Origin: Rhynchopus sp. YZ270_cl-10
Lineage: Eukaryota
Assembly (NCBI GenBank): GCA_964035575.1
Contig: OZ037835.1
Span: 1,054,001 to 1,118,000 of the forward strand
DNA: 64,000 nucleotides
Reading direction: 5' to 3'
Both the position numbers and the translations under genes were made by a program. The notes under the pieces were generated by a model. The model saw only the letters and a program-made list of their open reading frames with translations, was not told where the DNA came from and ran no database searches. Of the stretch, positions 45,768-58,916 are shown piece by piece; the first letter of the stretch is position 1, and each line of letters begins with the position of its first letter.

Positions 45768-48700
45768 CCCCACCCCATCATCCTTCAGCATGCAGACAAC
45801 ACTGCCTACTCCCCATCCCATCATCCTTCAGCATGCAGACAACACTGCCTACTCCCCATCCCATCATCCTTCAGCATGCAGACAACACTGCCTACTCCCC
45901 ATCCCATCATCCTTCAGCATGCAGACAACACTGTCTACTCCCCATCCCATCATCCTTCAGCATACAGACAACACTGCCTACTCCCCATCCCATCATCCTT
46001 CAGCATACAGACAACACTGCCTACTCCCCATCCCATCATCCTTCAGCATGCAGACAACACTGCCTACTCCCCATCCCATCATCCTTCAGCATACAGACAA
46101 CACTGCCTACTCCCCATCCCATCATCCTTCAGCATGCAGACAACACTGTCTACTCCCCATCCCATCATCCTTCAGCATGCAGACAACACTGTCTACTCCC
46201 CATCCCATCATCCTTCAGCATACAGACAACACTGCCTACTCCCCATCCCATCATCCTTCAGCATACAGACAACACTGCCTACTCCCCATCCCATCATCCT
46301 TCAGCATACAGACAACGCTGCCTACTCCCCATCCCATCATCCTTCAGCATGCAGACAACACTGCCTACTCCCCATCCCATCATCCTTCAGCATACAGACA
46401 ACACTGCCTACTCCCATCATCCTTCAGCATACAGACAACACTGTCTACTCCCCATCCCATCATCCTTCAGCATGCAGACAACACTGCCTACTCCCCATCC
46501 CATCATCCTTCAGCATGCAGACAACACTGCCTACTCCCCATCCCATCATCCTTCAGCATGCAGACAACACTGCCTACTCCCCATCCCATCATCCTTCAGC
46601 ATACAGACAACACTGCCTACTCCCCATCCCATCATCCTTCAGCATGCAGACAACACTGTCTACTCCCCATCCCATCATCCTTCAGCATACAGACAACACT
46701 GCCTACTCCCCATCCCATCATCCTTCAGCATACAGACAACGCTGCCTACTCCCCATCCCATCATCCTTCAGCATGCAGACAACACTGCCTACTCCCCATC
46801 CCATCATCCTTCAGCATACAGACAACACTGTCTACTCCCCATCCCATCATCCTTCAGCATACAGACAACACTGCCTACTCCCCATCCCATCATCCTTCAG
46901 CATACAGACAACACTGCCTACTCCCCATCCCATCATCCTTCAGCATGCAGACAACACTGCCTACTCCCCATCCCATCATCCTTCAGCATACAGACAACGC
47001 TGCCTACTCCCCATCCCATCATCCTTCAGCATGCAGACAACACTGTCTACTCCCCATCCCATCATCCTTCAGCATACAGACAACACTGCCTACTCCCCAT
47101 CCCATCATCCTTCAGCATACAGACAACACTGTCTACTCCCCATCCCATCATCCTTCAGCATGCAGACAACACTGTCTACTCCCCATCCCATCATCCTTCA
47201 GCATGCAGACAACACTGCCTACTCCCCATCCCATCATCCTTCAGCATACAGACAACACTGCCTACTCCCCATCCCATCATCCTTCAGCATACAGACAACA
47301 CTGCCTACTCCCCATCCCATCATCCTTCAGCATGCAGACAACACTGTCTACTCCCCATCCCATCATCCTTCAGCATACAGACAACACTGCCTACTCCCCA
47401 TCCCATCATCCTTCAGCATACAGACAACGCTGCCTACTCCCCATCCCATCATCCTTCAGCATACAGACAACACTGCCTACTCCCCATCCCATCATCCTTC
47501 AGCATACAGACAACACTGCCTACTCCCCATCCCATCATCCTTCAGCATGCAGACAACACTGTCTACTCCCCATCCCATCATCCTTCAGCATACAGACAAC
47601 ACTGCCTACTCCCCACCCCATCATCCTTCAGCATACAGACAACACTGTCTACTCCCCACCCCATCATCCTTCAGCATGCAGACAACACTGTCTACTCCCC
47701 ATCCCATCATCCTTCAGCATACAGACAACACTGCCTACTCCCCATCCCATCATCCTTCAGCATACAGACAACACTGTCTACTCCCCATCCCATCATCCTT
47801 CAGCATACAGACAACACTGCCTACTCCCCACCCCATCATCCTTCAGCATGCAGACAACACTGTCTACTCCCCATCCCATCATCCTTCAGCATGCAGACAA
47901 CACTGCCTACTCCCCATCCCATCATCCTTCAGCATACAGACAACACTGCCTACTCCCCATCCCATCATCCTTCAGCATACAGACAACACTGCCTACTCCC
48001 CATCCCATCATCCTTCAGCATGCAGACAACACTGTCTACTCCCCATCCCATCATCCTTCAGCATACAGACAACACTGCCTACTCCCCATCCCATCATCCT
48101 TCAGCATACAGACAACACTGCCTACTCCCCATCCCATCATCCTTCAGCATACAGACAACACTGCCTACTCCCCATCCCATCATCCTTCAGCATGCAGACA
48201 ACACTGTCTACTCCCCATCCCATCATCCTTCAGCATACAGACAACACTGCCTACTCCCCATCCCATCATCCTTCAGCATACAGACAACGCTGCCTACTCC
48301 CCATCCCATCATCCTTCAGCATGCAGACAACACTGCCTACTCCCCATCCCATCATCCTTCAGCATACAGACAACACTGTCTACTCCCCATCCCATCATCC
48401 TTCAGCATACAGACAACGCTGCCTACTCCCCATCCCATCATCCTTCAGCATGCAGACAACACTGCCTACTCCCCATCCCATCATCCTTCAGCATACAGAC
48501 AACACTGCCTACTCCCATCATCCTTCAGCATGCAGACAACACTGTCTACTCCCCATCCCATCATCCTTCAGCATGCAGACAACACTGACTACTCCCCATC
48601 CCATCATCCTTCAGCATAGAGACAACACTGCCTACTCCCCATCCCATCATCCTTCAGCATGCAGACAACACTGCCTACTCCCCATCCCATCATCCTTCAG

Positions 48701-51700
48701 CATACAGACAACACTGTCTACTCCCCATCCCATCATCCTTCAGCATGCAGACAACACTGTCTACTCCCCATCCCATCATCCTTCAGCATACAGACAACAC
48801 TGCCTACTCCCCACCCCATCATCCTTCAGCATACAGACAACACTGCCTACTCCCCATCCCATCATCCTTCAGCATGCAGACAACACTGCCTACTCCCCAT
48901 CCCATCATCCTTCAGCATACAGACAACACTGTCTACTCCCCATCCCATCATCCTTCAGCATGCAGACAACACTGCCTACTCCCCATCCCATCATCCTTCA
49001 GCATGCAGACAACACTGCCTACTCCCCATCCCATCATCCTTCAGCATACAGACAACACTGTCTACTCCCCATCCCATCATCCTTCAGCATACAGACAACA
49101 CTGCCTACTCCCCACCCCATCATCCTTCAGCATGCAGACAACACTGTCTACTCCCCATCCCATCATCCTTCAGCATGCAGACAACACTGCCTACTCCCCA
49201 TCCCATCATCCTTCAGCATACAGACAACACTGTCTACTCCCCATCCCATCATCCTTCAGCATGCAGACAACACTGCCTACTCCCCATCCCATCATCCTTC
49301 AGCATACAGACAACACTGCCTACTCCCATCATCCTTCAGCATGCAGACAACACTGTCTACTCCCCATCCCATCATCCTTCAGCATACAGACAACACTGTC
49401 TACTCCCCATCCCATCATCCTTCAGCATGCAGACAACACTGCCTACTCCCCATCCCATCATCCTTCAGCATGCAGACAACACTGCCTACTCCCCATCCCA
49501 TCATCCTTCAGCATACAGACAACACTGTCTACTCCCCATCCCATCATCCTTCAGCATACAGACAACGCTGCCTACTCCCCATCCCATCATCCTTCAGCAT
49601 GCAGACAACACTGCCTACTCCCCATCCCATCATCCTTCAGCATACAGACAACACTGCCTACTCCCATCATCCTTCAGCATGCAGACAACACTGTCTACTC
49701 CCCATCCCATCATCCTTCAGCATACAGACAACACTGTCTACTCCCCATCCCATCATCCTTCAGCATGCAGACAACACTGCCTACTCCCCATCCCATCATC
49801 CTTCAGCATAGAGACAACACTGCCTACTCCCCATCCCATCATCCTTCAGCATGCAGACAACACTGCCTACTCCCCATCCCATCATCCTTCAGCATACAGA
49901 CAACACTGTCTACTCCCCATCCCATCATCCTTCAGCATGCAGACAACACTGTCTACTCCCCATCCCATCATCCTTCAGCATACAGACAACACTGCCTACT
50001 CCCCACCCCATCATCCTTCAGCATACAGACAACACTGCCTACTCCCCATCCCATCATCCTTCAGCATGCAGACAACACTGCCTACTCCCCATCCCATCAT
50101 CCTTCAGCATACAGACAACACTGTCTACTCCCCATCCCATCATCCTTCAGCATGCAGACAACACTGCCTACTCCCCATCCCATCATCCTTCAGCATACAG
50201 ACAACACTGTCTACTCCCCATCCCATCATCCTTCAGCATACAGACAACACTGCCTACTCCCCACCCCATCATCCTTCAGCATGCAGACAACACTGTCTAC
50301 TCCCCATCCCATCATCCTTCAGCATGCAGACAACACTGCCTACTCCCCATCCCATCATCCTTCAGCATACAGACAACACTGTCTACTCCCCATCCCATCA
50401 TCCTTCAGCATGCAGACAACACTGCCTACTCCCCATCCCATCATCCTTCAGCATACAGACAACACTGCCTACTCCCATCATCCTTCAGCATGCAGACAAC
50501 ACTGTCTACTCCCCATCCCATCATCCTTCAGCATACAGACAACACTGTCTACTCCCCATCCCATCATCCTTCAGCATGCAGACAACACTGCCTACTCCCC
50601 ATCCCATCATCCTTCAGCATAGAGACAACACTGCCTACTCCCCATCCCATCATCCTTCAGCATGCAGACAACACTGCCTACTCCCCATCCCATCATCCTT
50701 CAGCATACAGACAACACTGTCTACTCCCCATCCCATCATCCTTCAGCATACAGACAACACTGCCTACTCCCCACCCCATCATCCTTCAGCATACAGACAA
50801 CACTGCCTACTCCCCATCCCATCATCCTTCAGCATGCAGACAACACTGCCTACTCCCCATCCCATCATCCTTCAGCATACAGACAACACTGTCTACTCCC
50901 CATCCCATCATCCTTCAGCATGCAGACAACACTGCCTACTCCCCATCCCATCATCCTTCAGCATGCAGACAACACTGCCTACTCCCCATCCCATCATCCT
51001 TCAGCATACAGACAACACTGTCTACTCCCCATCCCATCATCCTTCAGCATGCAGACAACACTGTCTACTCCCCATCCCATCATCCTTCAGCATACAGACA
51101 ACACTGCCTACTCCCCACCCCATCATCCTTCAGCATACAGACAACACTGCCTACTCCCCATCCCATCATCCTTCAGCATGCAGACAACACTGCCTACTCC
51201 CCATCCCATCATCCTTCAGCATACAGACAACACTGTCTACTCCCCATCCCATCATCCTTCAGCATGCAGACAACACTGCCTACTCCCCATCCCATCATCC
51301 TTCAGCATGCAGACAACACTGCCTACTCCCCATCCCATCATCCTTCAGCATACAGACAACACTGTCTACTCCCCATCCCATCATCCTTCAGCATACAGAC
51401 AACACTGCCTACTCCCCACCCCATCATCCTTCAGCATGCAGACAACACTGTCTACTCCCCATCCCATCATCCTTCAGCATGCAGACAACACTGCCTACTC
51501 CCCATCCCATCATCCTTCAGCATACAGACAACACTGTCTACTCCCCATCCCATCATCCTTCAGCATGCAGACAACACTGCCTACTCCCCATCCCATCATC
51601 CTTCAGCATACAGACAACACTGCCTACTCCCATCATCCTTCAGCATGCAGACAACACTGTCTACTCCCCATCCCATCATCCTTCAGCATACAGACAACAC

Positions 51701-53564
51701 TGTCTACTCCCCATCCCATCATCCTTCAGCATGCAGACAACACTGCCTACTCCCCATCCCATCATCCTTCAGCATAGAGACAACACTGCCTACTCCCCAT
51801 CCCATCATCCTTCAGCATGCAGACAACACTGCCTACTCCCCATCCCATCATCCTTCAGCATACAGACAACACTGTCTACTCCCCATCCCATCATCCTTCA
51901 GCATGCAGACAACACTGTCTACTCCCCATCCCATCATCCTTCAGCATACAGACAACACTGCCTACTCCCCACCCCATCATCCTTCAGCATACAGACAACA
52001 CTGCCTACTCCCCATCCCATCATCCTTCAGCATGCAGACAACACTGCCTACTCCCCATCCCATCATCCTTCAGCATACAGACAACACTGTCTACTCCCCA
52101 TCCCATCATCCTTCAGCATGCAGACAACACTGCCTACTCCCCATCCCATCATCCTTCAGCATGCAGACAACACTGCCTACTCCCCATCCCATCATCCTTC
52201 AGCATACAGACAACACTGTCTACTCCCCATCCCATCATCCTTCAGCATACAGACAACACTGCCTACTCCCCACCCCATCATCCTTCAGCATGCAGACAAC
52301 ACTGTCTACTCCCCATCCCATCATCCTTCAGCATGCAGACAACACTGCCTACTCCCCATCCCATCATCCTTCAGCATGCAGACAACACTGTCTACTCCCC
52401 ATCCCATCATCCTTCAGCATGCAGACAACACTGCCTACTCCCCATCCCATCATCCTTCAGCATACAGACAACACTGCCTACTCCCATCATCCTTCAGCAT
52501 GCAGACAACACTGTCTACTCCCCATCCCATCATCCTTCAGCATACAGACAACACTGTCTACTCCCCATCCCATCATCCTTCAGCATGCAGACAACACTGC
52601 CTACTCCCCATCCCATCATCCTTCAGCATAGAGACAACACTGCCTACTCCCCATCCCATCATCCTTCAGCATGCAGACAACACTGCCTACTCCCCATCCC
52701 ATCATCCTTCAGCATACAGACAACACTGTCTACTCCCCATCCCATCATCCTTCAGCATGCAGACAACACTGTCTACTCCCCATCCCATCATCCTTCAGCA
52801 TACAGACAACACTGCCTACTCCCCACCCCATCATCCTTCAGCATACAGACAACACTGCCTACTCCCCATCCCATCATCCTTCAGCATGCAGACAACACTG
52901 CCTACTCCCCATCCCATCATCCTTCAGCATACAGACAACACTGTCTACTCCCCATCCCATCATCCTTCAGCATGCAGACAACACTGCCTACTCCCCATCC
53001 CATCATCCTTCAGCATGCAGACAACACTGCCTACTCCCCATCCCATCATCCTTCAGCATACAGACAACACTGTCTACTCCCCATCCCATCATCCTTCAGC
53101 ATACAGACAACACTGCCTACTCCCCACCCCATCATCCTTCAGCATGCAGACAACACTGTCTACTCCCCATCCCATCATCCTTCAGCATGCAGACAACACT
53201 GCCTACTCCCCATCCCATCATCCTTCAGCATACAGACAACACTGTCTACTCCCCATCCCATCATCCTTCAGCATGCAGACAACACTGCCTACTCCCCATC
53301 CCATCATCCTTCAGCATACAGACAACACTGCCTACTCCCCATCCCATCATCCTTCAGCATGCAGACAACACTGTCTACTCCCCACCCCATCATCCTTCAG
53401 CATGCAGACAACACTGTCTACTCCCCATCCCATCATCCTTCAGCATACAGACAACACTGCCTACTCCCCATCCCATCATCCTTCAGCATACAGACAACAC
53501 TGCCTACTCCCCATCCCATCATCCTTCAGCATGCAGACAACACTGCCTACTCCCCACCCCATCA
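45768..53564. repeat. 43-bp satellite, ~180 units, with higher-order structure
   Basis: Unit CCCCATCCCATCATCCTTCAGCAT(A/G)CAGACAACACTG(C/T)CTACT; recurring 37-bp deletion variants and rare CATAGAGAC variants. Confidence 0.95.
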
Positions 53565-53623
53565 CTTCAAAACCCAACCCCATCACGCACCTGAGTGCCG
53601 CCATCCCAGCCCTGCTGCAAGAT

Positions 53624-53822
53624 GCAGTGCCTCCCATAGGACACTCCGCTGTCTGCACCCACCCCACGCAAGGAAGAACGCCAAAGGTGCTCTCGTGCTG
53701 CAACCACAGACAAGCTGAGGTGCCAGACAAATTGCACGAAAGCACCCCACGGCTGGTCACAGCTTCCACTCTCCCATCATTTCCACAAAACGATGCAGGG
53801 AAGCGCCACACCCAAACCCCCG
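53624..53822. repeat. Dispersed repeat, copy 8
   Basis: Matches 2411-2610. Confidence 0.8.
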
Positions 53823-54898
53823 CACACTGACAAAAAAAAGCAAAAACCCACCCCTGTCTCTACACTCACTCTTCTTCAGTCACATTCCAAAGCTAGAAAG
53901 GTGGTTCTCTTTTGGTGTGTTGTTGATATTTTGATTTGTATTCTTCTTTTTTTTTTTTTTTTTTTGTTGCTTTTTTTTTTGCTTTATTTCTGTTTTCTGT
54001 GTGGTTCCCCTATAGACACCTGATTGCCACGATGCTCCTTCCTTCACGTTTCTTTGGGGCAGGTTTATTTGAAAAATTTGGGAGGGAATCACGAAACGGG
54101 AAAGGTGGGGTGGAGGTGGGAATCCATAGGGGGGGTTGAAAAAAGAAAATCAAATATTCATAATTTCATAGACGAAAAACCACGGGGGGGTGGGGAAAAA
54201 AGACACCAAACCACCCCATAACCCCCAGAAATGTGTTGTTGTGCCGGAATTTCATAATTTACGCTTTTTCTTCGGCTTATTCATTTGGGAACCCACATCT
54301 TGTTCCTGAAGGGACCCAGGATAGGAATGGAGTGGTAGTGCGACGAAACCAAACGACTGGTGTTTTATTATTAGTGTTACAATGTCATGAGCAAGAGTTG
54401 GCAACTAAGTCGTTACAACTAGGAGTTCCACTGTAGTAGTTCCCCTTGCCCATTAGTCCGTCGTGGACAAGTTGAAGAACGTATTTCTTCTCTCCCCTAT
54501 TTCTCTGAAGTGTTCGATTTTTTAAAAAAAAGGGGGGCAGGGAGAAAAGAAACAAAGGAGGGGGGGGAAACGAAAAGAGAAAAAAAAAAGCTGATGCACG
54601 CCAACCCACAGAACGAAACGTATGACAGATCCAACACGCTTGATCTAATGCTTGATAACCCACCCCCCCCTCACCCCATGTCGATGGACATAAAATGTAT
54701 TGATGTGCAGCCACACAAATATTTTGTGAACAAAAAAGCCCCAGGAAGTATTACCTGGGGAGGGGAAAAAAAACTTTCTTTTTTGTAAGATGAAAGTAAG
54801 TCTCACTGTGTAGTCATGGTCACCCTTGAAGGAAGAAGAAAGACAGCACGAAAAAGAACATTATGACATGTAGATCACATGTGCCACATGTCATATAC

Positions 54899-55074
54899 TG
54901 ACATGTGGTACGTGTTGGTACGTGTCATTCTCTGTACAGAACACACACTTTTCTGTTTGTTGAGGCTCACCTATTCCTGAGGAGAGGGCCTTAGGGGCTT
55001 AGAACAACAAAAATCATGGAAAAGTGTGTGTTTCTGTACAGAGAATGACACGTACCAACACGTATCACGTGTCA
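54899..55074. mobile_element. MITE-like foldback element with ~55-bp arms
   Basis: TGACATGTGGTACGTGTTGGTACGTGTCATTCTCTGTACAGAA... is inverted at ...TTCTGTACAGAGAATGACACGTACCAACACGTATCACGTGTCA; no TSD established. Confidence 0.6.
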
Positions 55075-55426
55075 TTTTGCATATCACGCTGACGTGAGGC
55101 GTTGTGCACTTCTGACTTGGTCAACCCCACCCTAGTTACTACTTTTCCTATAGTCAGACAAAAAAAATTGGCTCGAAATACAAAGTCACTCATGACACAT
55201 ACAGTGCAACGAGGCTAAGTCGGCCTCGCTAAGGCCTGATAAAAAAAGGTGCTCAGTTGGTACGCTGCCCTACGGCATACGCAACAAGAGTGCGGTAAAT
55301 ATTTTAAAAATAAAAAATGCGTTGTCCGTCACTCAAACACCACAATAGCGTTTTAATACTCTTTTTTTCTTTGAAAACTCGAGGACTCCACTTTACTTTT
55401 TTTTGTGACAGTGTTTTACGTATCAA

Positions 55427-58400
55427 TCAGATTTCTTCGTCAGAGCCTACGTCTGTTGCACGCGCCGTGCCACTTGACACCTTTTGCTTTTTCTTCGTAG
55501 CAGGAGCAGAATCGACTCTTTTGCGTTTGACCACCTTCCTGACAGTTTTCTTTGCTGGTGCTGCTGTTGGCGCTGCTGTTGGTGCTGCTGTTGGGGCGTC
55601 TGTCATAGGTTCTGCTTCACAGGCCTCTGCGTCCTTCTCCAGCTTCTGTGCGGTAGCGATCTCCCTCTTCCTTGTCTCTTCCTCCTCAATCGCCTTTGCC
55701 TCGGCCATGGTACACGGTGTGCGTTGCACGTCAATGTGGTCCACAATCGCATAGACAAGCTTGTTACGCGACACGTCGTCCGCGGTGCCAGCACTAAGGG
55801 TGATCTGTACACGAAGCTTGTCGAGTTGGCGGAACTTTTTGTTTCTCCATTTGTCGCCGTCTTCAAAGAACACTGTACCCTCCGTGCCGTAGCGTGGGAC
55901 CATGACGGTCACGCCGTTTTCGAGAACGCGGGTGACGTACGCGTCTTCGTCTGCGATCTGCTTCTTTCCATCACGGTATGAGTCGAAGACGTACCCGATG
56001 TGCAGGTTGCGTGAGTCGCGCCCTGCATGCTGTGCCAGCGTGTTACGGTAGTTCATGTTCTCGGTCAGCTCCTGCATGGTCTGTTCGTCCATGTGTTTTC
56101 TGCTCTGCTTCGTCAGCCCTATAGCCGCTGCCAGCTGTCTATGCACAATGACGTCAGCAAATCTTCGGATCGGAGAGGTGAAGTGTGTGTAGATGGGCAT
56201 GGCAAGACCGTAGTGGTGGTAGAGGTTTGTGTCAAACTCGCCGGAGGAGAAGTATTTGGCCTGCTGCATGTTGCGGGTTACGAGGATGCGCACTAAACGC
56301 GAGAAGTACGGATCGGTCTTGTCGTTGCACGCATCAAGCGAATTGGCCAGATCCAACGAAGACTTTGCGCTGATCTGCGGCATATCCTGGCACGCAAGCG
56401 CCTCGTTCAAAGGGTCCATCGCGCCTTCGTTGGGCGGAGGGTGTCGTCTCAGGCACGCCCACTTCGGAAACGAGCTTTCAATCTTCGTCGCAACCGCGAC
56501 GTTCGCGAACAACATGAACTCCTCAATCATGCTCATCGTTGGGATGTGCTCGTACTCCTGCACGTCTGTCGTGCTTTTGCTCTCCATATCCATTGTGAAC
56601 TTCATCTCCTGACTCGCCAATGTCAAGGCCCCAGCCTCCACCCGCTTCCGCTTCAAAATCTTTGACAAACTAAGCAGGCCCCTCAACCCTGTCGCGATTG
56701 CCGAATTGTCTGATGTGTCAAGAATGATGTCCTGGGCCTTGTAATAGGTCATGGCAGACTTGCTTTTGATGATCCCCTTCGTGAAGTGTGTGCTGATCAC
56801 CTCGCCATTTGTCCTCATCTTCCACACAACGGAGAAGGTGTACCGCTCTTCACCGCCGACAAGCGAGCAGAGGTTCTCTGTCAGCAGCTTGGGGAGCATG
56901 TCAATACGTCTGTCGACGAGGTACACGGAGGTGGACCGCTTTGCCGCCTCGTCGTCCAAAGGTGTGCCTTCCTTCATGAAATACGTCACATCCGCGATGT
57001 GAACACCAACCTCCAGAATCCCATTTCCCAAATCCTCGCAGTGCAGTGCGTCGTCGATGTCCTTACACCCGGGGGGGTCGACGGAGACGACCGTCTTCTC
57101 TCTGAAGTCCATCCTCGCTTCTTCTTCCGATGCCTCAATCCCCCACGTCCCCGACGGCAGGCAGTCCAACACCTTCTGCGAAAACTCGTAATGTGGTACA
57201 TCGTTCTCCAACAGAATCACCTCAGCCTCAACGTCTTTGTCACCTACCGCTCCGAGCACCTTGACACAATGTCCGTCAGGGTAGTGTGAAGTCTCCGACC
57301 ATTCGTCGATCACAACCTGAATACGCTTTCCCACCCATTGCTCCACCTGTCTTGTCTGAAGGCGAATGTACGGTACGTTCCCACGAACCGGTCGGAAGAG
57401 GATGTTTTCGAGTTGTTGCGTGCTTTTGCGGTCTGCCTCCCACATGATGGTGCCGCAGACTGGGCGACGGTTCTTTTCAATCACGGCAACGATGTGTGCG
57501 GTGGGGAAGAAGCCCTTCTGCTTTGCTTCCTCTTCGCTGTCAGTGTCCGCTGTGGGTCTGCCTTTGCCCTGGACGGATGCAGTGCGTTCGTCCTTGCGGA
57601 GCAGGCGGGACGGCTTCGTCCATTCGCGCACAGGCAGCACATTGATCGCAACAACGTCCTTGTCAAGACAGCGGTTGAGGTGCTTCTTCGACGGCACCAG
57701 GTACTCTTCGTAGACTTTCTTCTTGGAGCCACCTTCGCCAGAGACAACAACGCTGACAGTACCCTCATGCATGTTGGTGGCAGACTGGCGTAGGTTCCCC
57801 TTCTTCAACGTGCCTGCGTTGATGCGTGACTCCACCACAGGGTTTGAGACATAGGAATCGTATTTGCTGTCGTTGTGCTTCGTGCGGTCGTTTGTCTGTG
57901 GGGGAGTGCGTGTTGATAGAGCTGAGGCTCAAAAAAATACAAAAAATACAAAAAAACACAAGGGGGTGTTACTTTATAATTTGTGTGGGCTTTTTGGCCG
58001 GGAAAAATGAATCGTCCAAAAATCCCGGCATTTGCATTTGTGGCATCCGTCCATCCAGTAGTGGGGTCACTTTGCCAAAATGGACAAGTTGTTGATACAT
58101 ACGTAAATACACACAAAAATAGCCTGCAAAATATAAAATGACACACCCCCCCTATATTGACAGGTCCTTGACATGTCCCCGACAGTTGTTCGGTAACACC
58201 AAAAAAATACAAAAAATACAAAAAAATACAAAAAAATACAAAACAAACTACAATACCTCCGGGACAGCAGTCTGGATGCAGTTGAGGAGATCCTTCTCAT
58301 CTTTGAGATGTTTCTGGACGTACTCTGCAATGGACATGGAGGTGATCTGGAGCGCCACTGCCTTGTCATGGTTTGCACGGTCGTGCGTCAGGAGCACGAG

Positions 58401-58916
58401 CGCGTCCACATGCGTGGCGAGGTTGCTTTGCGCAAGATGCATCAGATACCACTTCGCCGCGGAGCGGATCATCCGATCGTTGTGATCGTTCGCAGACTCG
58501 CCCTCCTCAGGCGTCTGGCAGGCGGTGTCCACGTGGTTCTCATTGCTGAAGACGTAGAAGCGCTTCGGGTTGCCCTCCTCCTTGATCACCTTTGCAAGAC
58601 GGCCGTACACAGCACGGTTCAGGTTCTTCACCTCCGCCAGCACCGTGTCCAGAATCACAACGTTCTTCACGGCAGGGCTCTCAATAGCATCGATGTTGTG
58701 CAAGATGACGTTTGTGTCCGGAAGCAGTATCGGTGTGTCGACGGTCAGGGGCGCAGGGAACGCAGCGGTGTAATATTTCGCGCACTGTGGGCAAGTGTTC
58801 ACACCACATGGGATATCTGTACGGAGGTACACTTTCTGTACATGCTTTGCAACTTTGAAATTGCCGCCCCCCTTTCTGCTGCTGAAGAACGACTTTGAAC
58901 CGCGGATCATGGACAT
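55427..58916 (-). CDS. RRP44: Exosome catalytic subunit RRP44/DIS3 (exons 58916-58257 and 57895-55427; ~1042 aa)
   Basis: CR3 motif YLRTDIPCG..CPQC; PIN motifs LPDTNV, ESANDHNDR and LLTHD; RNB motifs SVDPPGCKDIDDALH and YTHFTSPIRR.AD..VHR.L. A phase-0 GT...CAG intron joins the two ORFs in frame. Confidence 0.95.
57896..58256 (-). other. 361-bp canonical GT-AG intron of RRP44
   Basis: GAG|GTATTG donor and CCCCCACAG|ACA acceptor. Contains a piece of a dispersed repeat also seen at ~61745-61810. Confidence 0.85.

Noticed and set aside
45702..53830. Very long plus-strand ORFs (up to 1723 aa)
   Set aside because: Artefact of a stop-poor 43-bp satellite; the same peptide appears in all three frames.
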